Shown in pieces: positions 53,773-55,801 of a stretch of DNA of 55,801 bases. The position numbers and the translations under genes are program-made. This DNA is from a virus. Its lineage: Duplodnaviria; Caudoviricetes. How positions within the stretch are numbered: the first letter of the stretch is position 1; every line of letters starts with the position of its first letter. The notes beneath the pieces were generated by a model, which ran no database searches, was not told the DNA's origin, and saw nothing but the letters and a program-made list of their open reading frames with translations. Location of the stretch: the IMG/VR virus record IMGVR_UViG_3300032170_000078, positions 1 to 55,801 of that record. One strand, 5' to 3'.

Positions 53773-54363
53773 ATGGTTATGGAAAGATTTAAGCCTCCAC
53801 CTGAACCCCCTGAAAGGGCTCCGTGGGAAGAAGTAAAGTTCCTAGCCCAGAAGATTGACAGACTGGTTACTTTGCTGGAAGCCCAGATGGTTCCAACGGT
53901 CCCAGGAGTCCCAGCAATTACTCCGATGATACTTTTTCCTGGAGCCCCACCGGCCCAACAGCTAGTTCTCCTACTTCAGGAAATAATTCCGGGGGCTATA
54001 GGTGCTTCAGCGATTATTCCCTTTCAGAAGACAATAGCCGTAGCCTATCAGGATGAACAAGAAAGACTAATTCCCTTTGATGGAATCATAGAGAACGTGA
54101 TAATGGGCTTTCCAGCCGGGTGCCATCAGTTTTTGGAGGTGGACCTTCTGTACCTTCCAAAAGGTGGAGGCAGGAAATATATAATCCCAACGATAGCGGA
54201 CACTTACATAGCCCTTGATGATTTTACAGTTTTGTTCCGACCTAACTATCCTATAAAAGCCCCAGGTAACTTAAGGGTAGAATGGTGGAACTACGACTCC
54301 CTGAACGTTCATACTGTTCCAGTGATAGCCACTATATCTCCAACAAGACTAGGAGTAACATAA
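53773..54363 (+). CDS. Putative vertex/penton-like beta protein
   Basis: Pro-rich N-terminus then beta-sandwich pattern ('GFPAGC', 'LDD', 'NYDSLNVH'); function inferred from context only. Confidence 0.35.
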   Translation: MVMERFKPPPEPPERAPWEEVKFLAQKIDRLVTLLEAQMVPTVPGVPAITPMILFPGAPPAQQLVLLLQEIIPGAIGASAIIPFQKTIAVAYQDEQERLIPFDGIIENVIMGFPAGCHQFLEVDLLYLPKGGGRKYIIPTIADTYIALDDFTVLFRPNYPIKAPGNLRVEWWNYDSLNVHTVPVIATISPTRLGVT

Positions 54364-54848
54364 TGGGAAAGGCATTGATAGCCAGAGGAATTGGAGCCCC
54401 AGACTTTGTCAAGGAGTTAAGGACAGTAATCTATCCCATAACTTCGGACAAGGACACTCACTTCACTGGGGAAATTGCCAAGAACGCTGTTGAAAGGGAA
54501 AACCTGGAGGGGCTTAGAGGTAACCGAATTAGGATATCTAAGGTCTCAATCCAGGCAGACCAGCAGTTATTCTTTGAGGTTCTACTTTATGGTAGTGATG
54601 ACTTTGAGGAATCAGATCTTGATAATGACTACTTCATAGGAGCAGTAGAGCTAAATCTCCCCATCTATGGATTTCAACAGACAACTGGTCAATGGAGACT
54701 AGACATTGAGAACCTGAACATTGACTATGTGGATCTTGATGGGACCAAAGAAATCCACATGGTGTTAAGGAATCTATCTCCCACAAGCAAGAATGCTGGG
54801 GCAACGGGAGAAGTTAAACTGGAATTCCTTTGTGAGTCTAGAGCCTAA
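54363..54848 (+). CDS. Intact adaptor beta-sandwich protein
   Basis: Contains both halves that are split in 52393-52713 and the 3' ends of 50482-52380 and 52795-53712. Confidence 0.7.
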   Translation: MGKALIARGIGAPDFVKELRTVIYPITSDKDTHFTGEIAKNAVERENLEGLRGNRIRISKVSIQADQQLFFEVLLYGSDDFEESDLDNDYFIGAVELNLPIYGFQQTTGQWRLDIENLNIDYVDLDGTKEIHMVLRNLSPTSKNAGATGEVKLEFLCESRA

Positions 54849-54859
54849 AGGAGAAAAAT

Positions 54860-55588
54860 ATGAGCTTAGACGATCTGGATAAGGTTGCCAGAGAGAGGAT
54901 AATAGGTTCTCCCCCTCATGACCTACAGCACCTCGGAACTCTGGAGAAGTTAAACTACGTAGGGACCATAGGCAAAGTAAGTAAGCTGGGGACCATAGCT
55001 TATCTTGGAACCGTCCTACTAACTATCCATGTGGGAACTGTCCATAAGATAGACCGGCTAGGTACCCTTGACGAGATGACCCGGGCGGGTACGTTGAACC
55101 GAATAGCTGGTGGGAGAGTAGGAACACTTGGAAGACTAGGAACAGTCCACTATGTAGAACGCGTCGGTACCATCCAGAGACTTGGCACGGCCAAATACCT
55201 CGGGACCGTAGGGAAGGTCAATTATATTCCCAGACTCGGGACTGTCTCAGCAAGGCTATTTTCAGGCATCGGTGCCGGCTTCGGACCAGGAACCCATGTG
55301 GCACGGGGTAGCTGGTATCTTGGTAGCTGGATAGATGTCAGTAGATTCCGAACCAAGACACTAGTAATCCACCCATCCTCATTATCTGGAACTATTCATA
55401 TCATGACTTCAGTACTGGGTAATGCCACAGAGTATGGCACATACTACTCCGCAAGGGTAGGCAAGGGAAGCTACACCATCAAGAGCTTTACCGAAGTCCC
55501 CAAAGAAGTAAGAGCCATATTTGAGGCAAGTGGCTCCTCTGTCACTGGGAAGGGAACACTGCGCTCACAGTGGGGACTACAAGTCTAA
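54860..55588 (+). CDS. (L/V)GT-repeat beta-solenoid/fibre protein
   Basis: 13 (L/V/A)GT units spaced mostly 6 or 9 aa apart, then a globular beta domain. Confidence 0.6.
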   Translation: MSLDDLDKVARERIIGSPPHDLQHLGTLEKLNYVGTIGKVSKLGTIAYLGTVLLTIHVGTVHKIDRLGTLDEMTRAGTLNRIAGGRVGTLGRLGTVHYVERVGTIQRLGTAKYLGTVGKVNYIPRLGTVSARLFSGIGAGFGPGTHVARGSWYLGSWIDVSRFRTKTLVIHPSSLSGTIHIMTSVLGNATEYGTYYSARVGKGSYTIKSFTEVPKEVRAIFEASGSSVTGKGTLRSQWGLQV

Positions 55589-55596
55589 GGGGGTAG

Positions 55597-55713
55597 ATGC
55601 CTTTTTTTGACAAGAAGAGCTTTATAGACTTTGAGGTGCCAGCTGAGAAGATAACCGGACAGCTGACCCTGGCCCAGCTGGTTGCCGTAGTCTGTAGCGA
55701 GTCTGAGGACTAA
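55597..55713 (+). CDS. Short ORF or gene remnant (38 aa)
   Basis: MPFFDKKSFIDF...SESED*; AAGGGGGT RBS. Confidence 0.35.
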   Translation: MPFFDKKSFIDFEVPAEKITGQLTLAQLVAVVCSESED

Positions 55714-55714
55714 C

Positions 55715-55801
55715 ATGGCCTTTATAGATAGATTTGTCAATCTTGCTCCTAAGACTACTGATTGGAAGGGTAGCTTTAACTGGGATACTTCTGCCTATAC
55801 A
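55715..55801 (+). CDS. ORF running off the window end
   Basis: MAFIDRFVNLAPKTTDWKGSF..., open to the edge. Confidence 0.4.
   Translation, partial: MAFIDRFVNLAPKTTDWKGSFNWDTSAYT

Overview
The window reads as a large part of an uncultivated virus (or virus-like element) genome, almost all on the + strand. About 14 near-consensus sigma70 promoters (TTGACA-N17-TATAAT) and strong AAGGAGG Shine-Dalgarno sites point to a bacterial host, yet many genes look archaeal-virus-like. I see no HK97 capsid, portal, terminase, tail or integrase gene. Layout: (1) 1-12 kb, about 35 small early ORFs (Zn ribbons, three paralogous HTH proteins, ASCH-like, ART-like, SLOG, DUF2786, methyltransferase, LuxR) joined by repeated RBS-containing motifs. 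(2) 12.4-21.5 kb, recombination/replication genes (Xis-like HTH, PD-(D/E)XK nuclease, AAA_24/Sak4-like ATPase, SSB-like protein, ERCC4/XPF nuclease, AAA+ ATPase, AbrB, RHH, DinG/XPD helicase) with two long structured non-coding inserts. (3) 23.3-30.9 kb, an unexpected lipid/aromatic biosynthesis operon (Mrp-like ATPase, SCP2, polyprenol kinase, type III PKS, ferritin-like, UbiA/MenA prenyltransferase, HiPIP-like, extended SDR) interleaved with small Pro-rich proteins sharing a PPLPK motif. (4) 31-36.5 kb, a subtilisin and candidate beta-rich virion proteins. (5) 36.8-50.3 kb, a glycosylation island. (6) 50.4-55.8 kb, mosaic spike/receptor-binding genes built on a shared, splittable adaptor domain. 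All family calls come from motif recognition by eye; no database searches were run.
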